Assembly (NCBI GenBank): GCA_028281535.1
Contig: JANQJS010000047.1
Span: 1,513 to 65,512, forward strand
DNA from: Sedimentisphaerales bacterium
Lineage (GTDB): Bacteria; Planctomycetota; Phycisphaerae; Sedimentisphaerales; SM23-30
DNA length: 64,000 bases
Reading direction: 5' to 3'
The number at the start of each line of letters is the position of its first letter. Position 1 is the first letter of the stretch. This document shows positions 18,126 through 30,700 of this stretch, in pieces. Both the position numbers and the translations under genes were made by a program. The notes under the pieces were generated by a model. It saw only the letters and a list, made by a program, of their open reading frames with translations. It was not told where the DNA came from and made no database searches.

Positions 18126-18806
18126 GTGAATAAAATGGCATCACATATGAATCGCGAAATTGAGGGACTAAAGAACAAGCTTCTTTCTTTATGTTCTGTG
18201 GTGGAAGAGAATCTATGGAAATCTGTTAAGTCGATCAAGACACGAGATACAGAGTTAGCCAAAAAAATCATCTCTGATGATATCAATATCGATCAGCTTG
18301 AAGTTGAAGTAGAAGAGGAATGTTTAAAAATTCTTGCCTTACATCAACCGGTAGCGATTGATCTGCGTTTTATCATAACGGTGCTTAAAATTACCAATGA
18401 CCTGGAGCGTATTGGTGATCTGGCAGTTAATATTGCTGAGCGCAGTGAATTTTTGTCTACCCACCAAGCATCTGATATTTCATTTGATTTTGAAGCCATG
18501 GCAGAGCTTACGCAAACAATGCTTCGCAAAAGTCTTGATGCATTAGTGAACGTTGATCCTGATATGGCATATCAAGTATGTCAGATGGATGACGATGTTG
18601 ATCAAATCAATCGCGAAATGTATGGCCAGGTAAAAAAAGGTGTTCTGAGTCATCCAGAGCAAATTGAAGTTCTTTTGCATCTACTTTCTATTTCACGTCA
18701 TCTTGAACGAATTGCAGACCATACAACGAATATCGCTGAAGATGTCATTTATATGGTTAAAGGGGAAATTGTCAGGCATCAAGCTGAAAAATATCGCCCT
18801 GAGTAA
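18126..18806 (+). CDS. phoU: Phosphate transport regulator PhoU (start possibly ATG 18135)
   Basis: LALHQPVAIDLR, DLERIGDLAVNIA and HLERIADHTTNIAEDVIYM. Confidence 0.96.
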   Translation: MNKMASHMNREIEGLKNKLLSLCSVVEENLWKSVKSIKTRDTELAKKIISDDINIDQLEVEVEEECLKILALHQPVAIDLRFIITVLKITNDLERIGDLAVNIAERSEFLSTHQASDISFDFEAMAELTQTMLRKSLDALVNVDPDMAYQVCQMDDDVDQINREMYGQVKKGVLSHPEQIEVLLHLLSISRHLERIADHTTNIAEDVIYMVKGEIVRHQAEKYRPE

Positions 18807-18824
18807 TCAGTTAAGACGCTGGAT

Positions 18825-20972
18825 TTAATCCAACGTCTCAAGGTTCGCATATTTTAGTATCAATGTTTTTCGAGATCCCGTATTAAACTGAACAATCACT
18901 TTAGCGTTCTCACGTGATGGAATTAATTCCTGAATTCTTCCCATCCCTAATTTTGGATGACGTACGAGTTGGCCATTATAAAACTGTTGGGTTTGATCTT
19001 CTTCATAATCATATTGAGGTTCGGCTTCGTAGGTTATTTCACGTTCGAATGACGTATCCTGATTGTCTAATCCGGTAAGATTGCGAAGGAACTCCGATTT
19101 AATGGTTGCTAAAGAGCTTCCGTGAACTGTCCGGTTGCGTGCATAGCTTAATGTTAAAACGTTTTCACTTCGCGTAATACCTACAAATAGCAAACGACGT
19201 TCTTCTTCAATATCAGACGGTTTGTCAAGACTGCGCGAGTGGGGTAAGATTCCTTCTTCGAGACCTATAATAGCTACTGCGGGGAATTCGAGTCCCTTCG
19301 CAGAGTGTAATGTCATTAACGAGATAGCACCACTGGTTTCATCAAAGCTATCAATGTCGCTAACCAATGCGATCTGTTGCAAATAATCTTCTAGTGAAGA
19401 TTCATCGTTTTCTAGATTTTCCATATCATATTGAGAACCTGAATTGATTAATTCGTCAACGTTTTCAGCATGATCAGACTCTTTGTCCGATTCTAGTGCT
19501 ACTTTTAGGCCGCTATCGATATAAATGGTTTTAATGATATTTTCAATAGGTTGGTCCAGGAGCATTTTCCAGCGGCTAAGCATATCATAGAATTTCTTGA
19601 TTTTAGCTTTTGCCGCCGCACCGAGTGTTTCAACTGAGTCGACATGCATTAAAACGTCATGCATATCCATTCGGTGTTCATTTGCATAGTCTAGAAGACG
19701 ATTGACAGATGTTGCTCCGATACCCCTGGCGGGGACATTGATAATGCGCTTGAATGAAATCTGATCAGATGGATTAATGACATATTTCAAATACGCAAGC
19801 ATATCTTTGATTTCTTTGCGTTGGAAAAACTCTACCCCGCGAACAATTTGATAGGGAATTTGATGTTTGCGCATGGATTGTTCTAAAACACGACTCATCG
19901 CATTAACGCGATAAAATACAGCCATATCTTTATAGGCAATTCCATCATTTTTTTGTGATTTTAGCCATTCAGCAACACCATCTGCCTCTTCATATTCATC
20001 GGCATATTGTTTTAAGACAGGTTTTACACCCGACGCATTCGATGTGAAGAGAGCTTTTTCTTTTCGTTGTGTATTTTGTGAAATCAAACTATCAGCCAAG
20101 GTTAAAACTTCGGGCGTACTGCGAAAATTTTCCTCAAGACGAACGACTTTCGCATTGGGATAATCTTCTTCAAATGCCAGGATATTACTGATATCAGCCC
20201 CTCGCCAGGCATATATGGACTGGTCTGGGTCACCCGTTACAAATAAATTGTTATGATTTAAAGACAATCCTCTAGCAATTTGATATTGGCACTGATTCGT
20301 GTCTTGGTATTCATCAACCAAAATATATTTATAACGTTGGTTCAGCTGTTCACGACAATCTGGATGTTCTTTAAGTAGAAAGCTTAGTTTCATCAAAAGG
20401 TCATCAAAATCAACGGCATTGTTTTTGGTAAGAATATTTTGGTATTCGCTATAGATTCGTGCCAATGACTTACCAAGATAATCATGGTCTTGCTGACTTT
20501 TATATTCATCAGGTGTGACTAAATCGTTTTTTAAGACACTAATGCGGTTGAGCATTTTGGCAGGGGCAAACCTTTGAGTATCCAAATCACTTAATTTGAT
20601 TGCCTCTCGAATCGCCGCTTTTTGATCAGGGACATCATAAATCGTAAACTGTGGTGTTAAACCTGCTTTTTCAGGAAATTCCCTCAAGAGTCTGACTGCT
20701 AAAGCGTGAAAGGTTGACATCGTACAGCCGCGGCTGTTAATTTGCATGTTGGTCAGCCGTTCCCGCATTTCCTGCGCTGCTTTATTCGTAAATGTGATTG
20801 CCAAAATATTCCACGGGGCAATTCCCTGTTGAATCATATAAGCTACACGGTGTGTGATAACACGCGTTTTGCCACTACCAGGACCTGCGAGTACGAGCAT
20901 AGGTCCATCAATATGGCTCGCTGCTTCTTGTTGTGGGCTTGTTAATTTTGAAAGAATATCATCCATGATCAT
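18825..20972 (-). CDS. pcrA: ATP-dependent DNA helicase PcrA/UvrD
   Basis: LAGPGSGKT, ILVDEYQD, GDPDQSIY, LEENFRST, TLHSAKGLEF, EEERRL and a C-terminal Tudor-like domain. Confidence 0.95.
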   Translation of the reverse strand: MIMDDILSKLTSPQQEAASHIDGPMLVLAGPGSGKTRVITHRVAYMIQQGIAPWNILAITFTNKAAQEMRERLTNMQINSRGCTMSTFHALAVRLLREFPEKAGLTPQFTIYDVPDQKAAIREAIKLSDLDTQRFAPAKMLNRISVLKNDLVTPDEYKSQQDHDYLGKSLARIYSEYQNILTKNNAVDFDDLLMKLSFLLKEHPDCREQLNQRYKYILVDEYQDTNQCQYQIARGLSLNHNNLFVTGDPDQSIYAWRGADISNILAFEEDYPNAKVVRLEENFRSTPEVLTLADSLISQNTQRKEKALFTSNASGVKPVLKQYADEYEEADGVAEWLKSQKNDGIAYKDMAVFYRVNAMSRVLEQSMRKHQIPYQIVRGVEFFQRKEIKDMLAYLKYVINPSDQISFKRIINVPARGIGATSVNRLLDYANEHRMDMHDVLMHVDSVETLGAAAKAKIKKFYDMLSRWKMLLDQPIENIIKTIYIDSGLKVALESDKESDHAENVDELINSGSQYDMENLENDESSLEDYLQQIALVSDIDSFDETSGAISLMTLHSAKGLEFPAVAIIGLEEGILPHSRSLDKPSDIEEERRLLFVGITRSENVLTLSYARNRTVHGSSLATIKSEFLRNLTGLDNQDTSFEREITYEAEPQYDYEEDQTQQFYNGQLVRHPKLGMGRIQELIPSRENAKVIVQFNTGSRKTLILKYANLETLD

Positions 20973-21186
20973 GCGATATCGATTGCTCCTTAGAATGTAA
21001 TATGTGATTTATCTTTTGTTAGGTGGTAGTCTAATGGATACAATTTCAGGTTACAAGTAATAGTTAGATAAAAGGTTAGAATTAAATGATAATTACACGT
21101 TGGGCCTTTTTGCGTTGACAGTAGCGAATTAATCATATAAGAATAATGTTAAACGTGCCGGGGTTTAAATTTCAAAAAATGCCAGA

Positions 21187-23460
21187 ATGAATAGTAACGG
21201 AGGCTGTATGTTAAATATAAAAACTACATATAAATCTATTTTTATTATGTTGTTTCTTGTCAATTCCTTGTTCTCTCAGCAATCAGCGGTTGACGAACTG
21301 TTAATTATGTCCCCCAAAAATGTGATGGCCTGCTTTGGAACGAGTGGGATTGATCGATTAAAAAGTGATATTGACAAAACAACACTTGGTGAGATGTTAA
21401 ATGATCCTGAGATTGCAAAATATTTAAGCAATATTGATACTATTATTAATGCGTTGATTGAGAAGGAAGTTCCTTCTGCAAAAGAAATGTCTAGAGCACA
21501 GAATTGGTACAAAACCTTTAAAAATTTATTTCAATATCCCGTACTGGCAGGTCTTGTAATGAATGCTGAGCCAGATTCGATAGCTCCTTTTTATTCATAC
21601 ATCATTATAAAAGCGTCTCGGGATGACAAAAGAATGCAAGAAATGTATACGTTTTTTAAATCTATATTCCCTAAAGATAATGTAACAATAGAAAAAACGT
21701 CTGGGCCGACTATATTTATTTATGAAAAAGAATTGACGTATATTTATGCGACGCAATTGCAGGATTATTATGTATTGGTGTTTTCCGATTATGAACACAA
21801 ATTTCTACAGCATTATATTGCTAGTGCTAATAAGAAAGCAGATATCGATTCAACGATTAAAGAAAATATGAAACATGTAAAATCCCGAGGCGATTTAATG
21901 TTTTTGTATGCTGATTTTAAGAAAATTGCAGCAATTATCAAAAAATCATTACCCGCAGATCTCCAATTGGAGTTGGATAAAAATATCAAAGCGATAGAGG
22001 GATTGGGGGTTACGGACATTTCATCGCTGCTGGTAAGAGCGGGGATAAAGGATAAAAATTATGTCTTTGAATCTTTTCTTGCAGTACCGAATCCCAATAA
22101 AGGTCTCCTAAAAAGTTTAGAGCCTGTTGATGGCGAATTGTTTGATCTGATCTCAGGTTCGCCATTAATAACATTATCCTTTAAGCCTAACTATGTCACT
22201 TTGTACGATACGATTATCAAAGTGATTGAAAATATAGCACCGAGTGAAGAGTATGATAAAATACTGAATGTCTTACAGCGTGTTGAAAATCAATTTCAAA
22301 TAAGTGTGCGAAATGAGTTATTATCGCTGTTTTCAAATAAATCAATAATTAGCGTGAAAATGCCAGATATGCCTATGCCAATGGGGGTTGGCAATGTTAA
22401 TTATGTCATGAAATTATCTAATGCTGACGAGGCCAAAAAGACCGTGGCTAAACTGGAACAACTCATAAAGCAAATGGTACCCCCTCAATTTGTAAATATT
22501 TACACGCAACAACGGCAGGGGTATGAGGCAACAGTCGCGATATCAGCATATTTGTCTATGGCTCAAATAACGCCATGTTGGGCTGTTGTTAAAGATAAAT
22601 ACTTGGTATTTTCGTCTAACTTAATGGCGATGGACCAGGTGGTACAATCATTTGATAAAACAGGTGATGTTCTCACAAGCCACGATGAATATAAAATAAT
22701 TTCTAAAACGATAACTGATGAAACTAGGTTATTTGAGCATTTAAATTCAAAAATGCAAGTCAGGCAAGCGTTAGTTTCTTTGCAGCAGTTATGGCCAATG
22801 ATTGCATCTACGGTTGCAGGAAAAGGAGTAGAATTACCTGCTTTGTTGCCAGATTTCTCTAAGCATCTTGAGAAAATAGAGCCTTCTTTTACACATATGT
22901 ATTATTCAAAAGATGGTGTTCATTTATATCAAGAAAATTCTCTTGGTGTTTCATTGGGCAGCTCTTTAGTAAGTGTGAGTGGTGCAGCCATGGGGGTAAG
23001 TGTCTTGATGCCAGCTTTAGCAAGAGCAAGAGAAATGGCAAAGCGTGTAAAATGCGCAAGCCACTTAAGGCATTTAGCTCAATCGATTCTAGTTTATTGT
23101 GCAAATAATGATGGAAAGATGCCCGCATCGCTTAATGAGCTAGTGATTGATTCTGATTTAGGAACAGAAATTCTTGAGTGCCCTTCAGCTGATAATCAGA
23201 AAGAGGCCTATATTTACCGGGGAAATGATTTAACGATATGCAAAGATGATATTGGTAGTGATTCAGATGATTTCCAGATGATATTGATTTATGAATCACT
23301 TGATAACCATCAAGGCGATATGTGTAATATGGTTTTTATGAACAGAAAAGATGGGAATGTCGAGATAGGTAGCAAGAAAGTTGATGCAAATGATTTTCAG
23401 CGTTATATCGATCTGGATAATAAATATCGAAAAATTTTAGGGCTTAAAGAAAAGCTTTAG
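21187..23460 (+). CDS. Exported DUF3352-like protein with C-terminal pilin/DUF1559-like domain
   Basis: Signal peptide and a long soluble domain, then a hydrophobic stretch and LMPALARAREMAKRVKCASHLRHL. Candidate TTGACA at 21115. The start may be ATG 21208. Confidence 0.65.
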   Translation: MNSNGGCMLNIKTTYKSIFIMLFLVNSLFSQQSAVDELLIMSPKNVMACFGTSGIDRLKSDIDKTTLGEMLNDPEIAKYLSNIDTIINALIEKEVPSAKEMSRAQNWYKTFKNLFQYPVLAGLVMNAEPDSIAPFYSYIIIKASRDDKRMQEMYTFFKSIFPKDNVTIEKTSGPTIFIYEKELTYIYATQLQDYYVLVFSDYEHKFLQHYIASANKKADIDSTIKENMKHVKSRGDLMFLYADFKKIAAIIKKSLPADLQLELDKNIKAIEGLGVTDISSLLVRAGIKDKNYVFESFLAVPNPNKGLLKSLEPVDGELFDLISGSPLITLSFKPNYVTLYDTIIKVIENIAPSEEYDKILNVLQRVENQFQISVRNELLSLFSNKSIISVKMPDMPMPMGVGNVNYVMKLSNADEAKKTVAKLEQLIKQMVPPQFVNIYTQQRQGYEATVAISAYLSMAQITPCWAVVKDKYLVFSSNLMAMDQVVQSFDKTGDVLTSHDEYKIISKTITDETRLFEHLNSKMQVRQALVSLQQLWPMIASTVAGKGVELPALLPDFSKHLEKIEPSFTHMYYSKDGVHLYQENSLGVSLGSSLVSVSGAAMGVSVLMPALARAREMAKRVKCASHLRHLAQSILVYCANNDGKMPASLNELVIDSDLGTEILECPSADNQKEAYIYRGNDLTICKDDIGSDSDDFQMILIYESLDNHQGDMCNMVFMNRKDGNVEIGSKKVDANDFQRYIDLDNKYRKILGLKEKL

Positions 23461-23485
23461 GCAATTTATTCGTTCACAAGGAAAG

Positions 23486-24040
23486 CTATTTGTTGCGAAA
23501 GTCAAACAGTGATTGTGTTTTTAATACTGTTTGGCTTTCTGGCAGTGCGTGATAGGTATAAATGTGAAGTTCATCACATTTGGCTTCATAATCAATGTAG
23601 CTAAAGGGCATAAAATCGCTTTTGTTTAGTTCGGGGAATTCAACCAATATGCCCCTTTTTTTGCCCATCTTTTTGAGGTCTCTGTGGGTGTGCTTGTAAA
23701 GATTGTGGCTCATGGGTTCAACGCCTGAGTTCATCATGTAGCCAAATCCTAGAGACCATTTGCATTGATAGTTTTTTTTGCCTGAAAACTTAAATGTTTC
23801 AATCAAGCCATTTGAAGGTAGCAGTTGTTCGTCGCTGCAAATCAGCTCCGTAATGGTATGTGAAGCAAAATGCACGCTAATGACGTGTGAACAGCCGGTA
23901 GACCAGATCATAACTTCGTAATCACCCTGAAGGAAATGGCGGGATTCATAGATATTAAAAAGTTCTGGGTGGACAGAACGATTGAACAAATGGAAATTCA
24001 GTTCGCCGACAGTTTGGTCTAAATGGTGTTGAGAATCCAT
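23486..24040 (-). CDS. Conserved hypothetical protein, DUF2617-like
   Basis: RSVHPELF near the N-terminus and TYHALPE..TVLKTQSLF at the C-terminus. AGGA RBS. Confidence 0.6.
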   Translation of the reverse strand: MDSQHHLDQTVGELNFHLFNRSVHPELFNIYESRHFLQGDYEVMIWSTGCSHVISVHFASHTITELICSDEQLLPSNGLIETFKFSGKKNYQCKWSLGFGYMMNSGVEPMSHNLYKHTHRDLKKMGKKRGILVEFPELNKSDFMPFSYIDYEAKCDELHIYTYHALPESQTVLKTQSLFDFRNK

Positions 24041-24727
24041 GTCTTTTCCTGATAATAACTTAGGTGTTAGATATTGATTATCTGAATTATTCTGCTGAAA
24101 TCATTATAGCTGGACTCGGTTAAATTAGGCAAGGGCTTTTCAGTGAATCTACACATTTTTACAATATTTTATGTTATAGGACTATTGTTGCTACTCATTT
24201 AAGCAGAAAGCTTTATGGCAATTGCTGTTTTTGGCATTGACGCAATCTCTGAGCACGAAGTTGTCAATTGTAACGTACTTTTAGCTTGGTATAAAAACAT
24301 AATCATTGCTGATTAGTCGCTTTTTCTGTCGTTAATTTTCCTGCCACAGTGTGTCAGGAGTAGTCATTGAGTGTGGTTTAACCAGTAAGTTAGATAAGTC
24401 CCTGCAGCTTCATGAGATAGAATATTTTGCGTCGTAGAGTTAAAATGGTTCACGATGTGATGTAAGTCGTTTTTTTATTGACATCTAGTGGTATTTTGGC
24501 GAAAATAGAGTTTTGAGAGTATAATCTGTTTAGAAACGTATATATGCTCTTGTAATATTAAGTAGTGTAGTGGCAGATATTTACAATACCCATGGCACTC
24601 CGCATTTAAAACGATTTACAAGAATTAAACATATATAGCTTTCCTAATATGTCAACAGAGAGGTCTGCTGGCAGCTTACCATACTTTACCTGCAATAAGA
24701 TAGATTCATACCACTAAGGAGATCGAC

Positions 24728-27700
24728 TTGAGACGGTTATTACGAAGAGCCCGCCAAGAAGCAAGCAAGAAAATTCAAAATTACTTCCATCGACCTTCAA
24801 AAAATGGCAATATTCGCAAGCCTGGTTTGGTAGCTGAATGCTTAGAGAGTCGTGTACTATTAACCACGTTGACATTATCGCAAGGTCAAACGGAACTTAT
24901 CTTCGATTATGCTGATCCGGAAGGTACGGGCACGGGTGGTGGAGCAATTACTACAGTTAGCAACTTTAACGAAATACGCATTTCGACTATTTCAGGCCAA
25001 CCAGTTTCAAAGGATGTTTCTGTAGAATTACTAAATCCATTTGGGGGTGACATTCCAGGTAATATCAACGGTGTTCCAGTAGGAGGTGGGCCAGGTGGTG
25101 TTGGCGTAATTAGTCAAGTCGGTCCCATGGATTCATTTCAAATCAATGCCCTGGCAACAAACTCCATTGGTCAAACATTTGGCATATCATCTGATGGTGT
25201 GCTTTATTCCGTAAATACAGCAACAGCTGAAGCGCAGGTGATCAATGTTGTCAGCGATTCTGATCATCCGAATGCTTCAAGCTTTGTGAATATCACTTAC
25301 AGTAATGTGCAGGCCGCGGAATTTGATCCTGTCAGTGACACCTTGTATGCTGTTGTTGAAGGCCCGATTGCATTTAATGCATTAGGGCTGCCGAGTGTTA
25401 CCGGCCAGGTTATGATAACGATTGATACCAACACCGGAGAAGCAGAGCCTGTTGGTCGTGATATTAATGGGTTAGCAAATTATCAATTGAGTCAAATCAA
25501 TGCGACTGAAATTACATCAATTGTTTACAGTCAGGAAGCTGGTGATAATACTTCCAATCTAGGTATCAGCCCGGTTTTTATTGCTTATGATGATGCGTTG
25601 GTCGATCAATTTGTGAGATTGTCTGTTAATGGCGTTGACGGTTCTCCTTTTGTTGATGTTACCACAGATAGTATTGTAGCAATGACGAGTCCGACTATTG
25701 TGATCGAAGGATTAATGTATAGTGAGGATTTTAATGGAGCGAATCGGTTATTTGGACTGAATAATGGTGAGAGCCAATTGGCTGAAATTAATTTGGCAAA
25801 TCCTGATCCTGCTGCGGTCGTCGTAAACTTTTTCGCTTTTCCTGCATCAACTTTTCCTGGTGCAGACTTTCCTGCAACCTTAACGGGAATGTCGTATAAT
25901 CCTGTTACACAAGTGGGGTTTGCAACAGACCCTGTCTCTGGTTCGCTTTATAATATTGTAACAGCAAATTTAATTCCTAATCCTGAAGACGCATCGACCG
26001 GTTTGGTTGTTCAGGGCGGAATATCTGATATCTATCAAATGTACATCGCATCAAGTACACCAGATGTTCAGATCGTTATGACTTATTATACAATAACTGA
26101 TGGCGTAAAATCATACCAACCAACAGGTGGAGCTCCGGCTTTCTTATATGTCGACGAAGATGAAACTGCTGTTTTTACACCTGACAATGCTGGTGGAGTC
26201 ATGCTGGGAACCATAGCAGTTATACCACCTGATGATGGCGGTGGTGCTGCGGATTCTGTTGTTTATTCTCCGGTAACATTTAACAATCCGAATCATTTAT
26301 CTACACAAGATCCTGGTCCTATTGGGGTTTATCCTGGAGGTTTTTATCGACCTGGGATTACTGTGGCGCCAGAGGCTGGTACATCTTTGCCGCAAGATAT
26401 TGGTAAAATTCAAGTCGGCGGGGGTGTCTTTGGTGATGTCCAGATTAGTGGAAGTGTTGGAACGTTCTATGCCGGTTATCTTGGTACTAATACATTTGAA
26501 GTCGAGGGGGATGTTCAAAATTTAGTTGTTGGTACTCAGGCAGGTGGTATTCGCGAAGCTGATGGTGCCTGGACCCCTATTGCAGGGGCCGTTGTTAATA
26601 TCAACGGTGAATTAGGTAGCTTTTATAGCAACAATGATTGGGGCATGCCAATACGTGTTCATGCAAGAAGCAATGCACCATCATTTCCTGGGGTATTAGA
26701 CGTCTTTAGCTCTGACGCGGATACGCAGATATATGTGCCAGGGGTTTTAGAGTTTGAACGTAAAATTGACACTGAAGGAGAAACAGTTTTCTTTCCTCAA
26801 GGTGCTTACGATAGTAGTGGAGCCCCCATTATTTCAAATGACAGTCCTTACCTTGCCCAGTATGTGGGCTCAATTGATGGGAACGTTAGTATTTTTGGAC
26901 AACTCGAAGGCGATGATAATATTGCTGATGGAGAAGTTGTTGATGCTGAAGATTACTATAGCTTTGGTGTGTTAGCTGGACAAACTTTTGAAATAAGCCT
27001 GTACAATACTTTCGGTTTGACCAATGGGGCGACAGGCCATCCTGCAAATCCTACTTCGCAGATACAATATGCTTTGCCAGGTGGTTTGATTGACGTCTTC
27101 GATCCAGAATTGAATTGGATCGGAAATCTTGGAGAGCTGGACCATGTCACTGGTTTACCCGTACCGTTAGAAATTACCGCTGAAAAAGCTGGCATTTACA
27201 CCGTAGCGGTTAATGGTGTTTATGTAAGCGGCGTAAATGAATTTACAAAACGAAGTGGTTTTACTTATAGACTAGATATTAATGGTTTAAGTTCCACGAC
27301 TTTAGGGGGCGGAAACGTTGTTGATGAAATTCGTTTTGCCACACCCTTAATTCAAGTAACCGATGGGAATATTGGAGCGATTAGTTCTGGTGGATCATAT
27401 CGATCTGCAGATATTATCGTTAGTAACGGTAGCATGGCAGCTCTTAGAGCAGGTGCGAATGCATTACCTCTTACGACGGATTTTGCAGCACGTGCATTCG
27501 ATCAAACACCACCCAATACAGGATTAACGCCAACGCAAGGATTTGATTTAGAACTTTCCGACCAGGATGGTGTCTTTGTTATCGATATTGCTAAAATAAA
27601 TATATCAGGTGATATGGGTCGGATTAGTTCACCATTATCAAGTAATTTTGATATTTCTGTTGGTAATAATTTGCAATCATTAAAAATTGGCTCCACGGTT

Positions 27701-30700
27701 GTGAATACTGGCCTGGCTGCTTTATCTGGTGATGGCGATGGAGGAACAGGGCCAGGTGATGAAGAAATTATTAATAACTTAACAGCCACGGTCGTGGTCA
27801 ATGGTAGTATTGGAGAATTTTCAGTTCAAGGAAGTTTTGGCCCAGAAGATTTGACAAATACTACTGTGGGTGATGATGAAATACCTTCAGCTCTTTTTGT
27901 TAATGCTGACGGGATTGGTGAACCTGGTATCATTGATAGCTTGCTTGTTGGCGGGAATTTTGATTCCATTGTCAGTGTTGGAAACCGATCTGGTAATGTA
28001 CGATTTGTTGATATTGGTGGATCCATTTCGCATTTAGCGGGTGGATTTATTTCTACTTTCGGTCCTTTTGGGTTTAATGCCGGACAATCAGTGACTGTGA
28101 CGGATGACTCAGGTGTATTGGTCAATATATCACCTGGATTTAAAGGCCCTTCTTCTGTGGATGATTTCTTGTTTGGTGCGACGCCTCCACCAGGAACGGT
28201 TATTCCAACAAGCCCTGGTGGTATTTTGACGTTAAAACTATTACCTATCAGTGATAAAACTTTTGCAGAATTCAGTGGCGTTGTCGACCGAAATGAAATT
28301 GGATTTGCAATAGCGAATATTGATAGTACAGATGGATTAGTTGTTACGACGGATGGCGGTCCCGTTGATATTGGTTTAGTGACCGTTCATGGCGGGATAA
28401 ATCAAAATGCCGTATTTAGAGGTAAAGATAAAATCTCGATTTTGCATCTAGCTGTTGCAGCACCAACTGGCGCTACTGCTGGATCAGGTGAAACGGGAAT
28501 TACCCAGGTTACAAATACAACTGGCGGTGATATTGTATCACTTCAAGTGGGTGTCTCTGGATCAACAGGTGGTGGATTGGTCAGTCAAATCAAAGTGGAT
28601 GGTCACTTAGGCAAAACGAATAATACCACTGGTCAGGTCATAGAATCAAATGTTATTCGAGCAAATCTGGGAACAAATACTGCTGATCCTGGAGGGACAC
28701 AGCGATCAGGTTTGGTTTCAGGTACCTCTATTACAAACATTAATGTTGCAGGAGCTTTAAGTGATGTTGATGTCACTGGAAATGTTACTAATATCGTGAT
28801 CAACTCTGACAAAAGTCAGGAGCCAGGTCAATTCGATGGTGCAATTGGACCAATTATTATCACAGGCAACTTAACGAAAATAGAGCTCGGTGATGGATTG
28901 CCAGACCCAGGTACTGGTTATCATGCTCAGTCTGGACTTTTTGTCTCTGGGTTATTATCTACTGTGGAAGTAACTGGCAATGGGCATGATATTAATGGCC
29001 CAATTTTTGCTTCAGGTGGAATCAATCAGGTTAAGGTTGATAATGGAGCTAAAATTCTCGGTTACACTTCATGGGGAGGTACAGGTGAACGTGTTCGTGG
29101 AGCCGTATTTGTTAAGCCTACGATTGCAGTGCTGACATCTTTTGATTCCTATTTTATCGAGCAGAATTTTGTTTCGCACAGCGGTACATTAAATCAAGTT
29201 TCAGTCAAAGGTAGTGATTCTGAAATTAGAAACTCACGAATTGTGGCAACCGTAATTAATAACATTACTGTTTCCAATGGAGCAAATGGTATATTTGATT
29301 CCCGCATAGCAGGTCTTGGCACCGCTGGCGCAACCCAGGGAGTTATCAATCAAATAAATGTTGGCGGTGAAGGAATTTCAAACACTATCATCGCTGCCGA
29401 TAGATTATTGTCGAAGCTAAATGTTCTTCCTGGTGGTAAAATTACTGATAGTGAAATTCGTGGTCAGTTTAATATTAACCAAATTATTGCTGATGAGATC
29501 ACAAAAACAGATATTGATGCTTTTAATAAATTGACGCGCGTAACATCAAGAGATGGTATTTTTGATCTGGTTATCGAAGCGGGTGAATTAGGTCGCTTGA
29601 CATCAGGTGAAAGTATTTTAGGGTCAGAAATTAATGTGGCTGGACCTATCGGACAAATCTCAGCCAAAATAGATATTAATAGTACCATACAAGCGTCAGG
29701 TCCTTTCAGTAATTTGAAAAAATTATCTGCAGGCCGTGATATTGGTACACCAACCGGCGGAACCATTATTGTGGATGGTGTCGTGGGTAGCATTACGGCA
29801 GGTAGGGATTTTAATGCAAATTTACTCTTAAACTGGGATCCAACCCCTCTTAGTCCACAAAATCCATTAGGTCCACGACAAATTAATGACCATGATGGCA
29901 TTGAGCTTAAAACATTAAAAGCTGGTAACCGTATTCGTGGTTTAGGTGATATTGGTGGTGACATCGGTAGTATAAAAAGCGGAAGCGAATTTGGCTTTGC
30001 CGGTGAAGAATTTGCTGTTCATGGCAGCGTGAAAAGTATAACTGTTGGAAGTAAAAAACTTCCTTCTGATATTGAAAGTAATGTGACCATTGATGAATCA
30101 TTGGGAAGCCTTAAAGTTTACGGCAGTACCAATGGCTCTATTAATGTTACCGATGATTTTAAATCACTATCATTAATCGGTACTGCCGAGCGCAATGCTA
30201 ATATCACTGAGGAAATTAATGTTGGTGGAGATTTTAATAAAATCAGCATTAAAGAAGGTAGTATTCAAGCTAATATTAATGTTGAAGGAAAATCCCCAAA
30301 AACAAGCATAAAAACTTCTGAAGCACCTGTTGGAGCAGGTTTGAATTCGATGGAGTATCACGAAGAGAGTGTTACTCAAAATCTCGAAGGTGATTTAACC
30401 GGTGTTGTGATTGTTGGATCTGGTTCGGATGTTAATAATTCTGGGTCGTTGACAGGGACTTATATCTCACAAGGTGACATGAATCGTTTTGTCTTAGGCG
30501 GTGATATTGCTAAAGGCTCTGTACTCGTAGTGGATGGTGATATTAATCTCATTGAGATCACTGGAAATATCGAAGGGCTAATACATGTGACTGGCAATGT
30601 TGGAACGATTAAGGCGGCAAACATTATCGGGACTGAAGATCCTCTTGATCCTGGTTTAATTACTGATGGTCTTGTGACTGTTTCAGGTTCTATAGGGCAA

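Noticed and set aside
24041..24727. Long intergenic region before the giant gene as a possible ncRNA or sigma54 promoter
   Set aside because: No GG-N10-GC match, repeats or strong structure found by eye. Only a weak TTGACA-N17-GAAAAT at 24478.
29464..29964. 166-aa antisense ORF, and the many similar short ORFs opposite pstC, gltB, amt and the giant gene
   Set aside because: They lie wholly antisense to well-supported genes and have no motifs or RBS. They are shadow ORFs.
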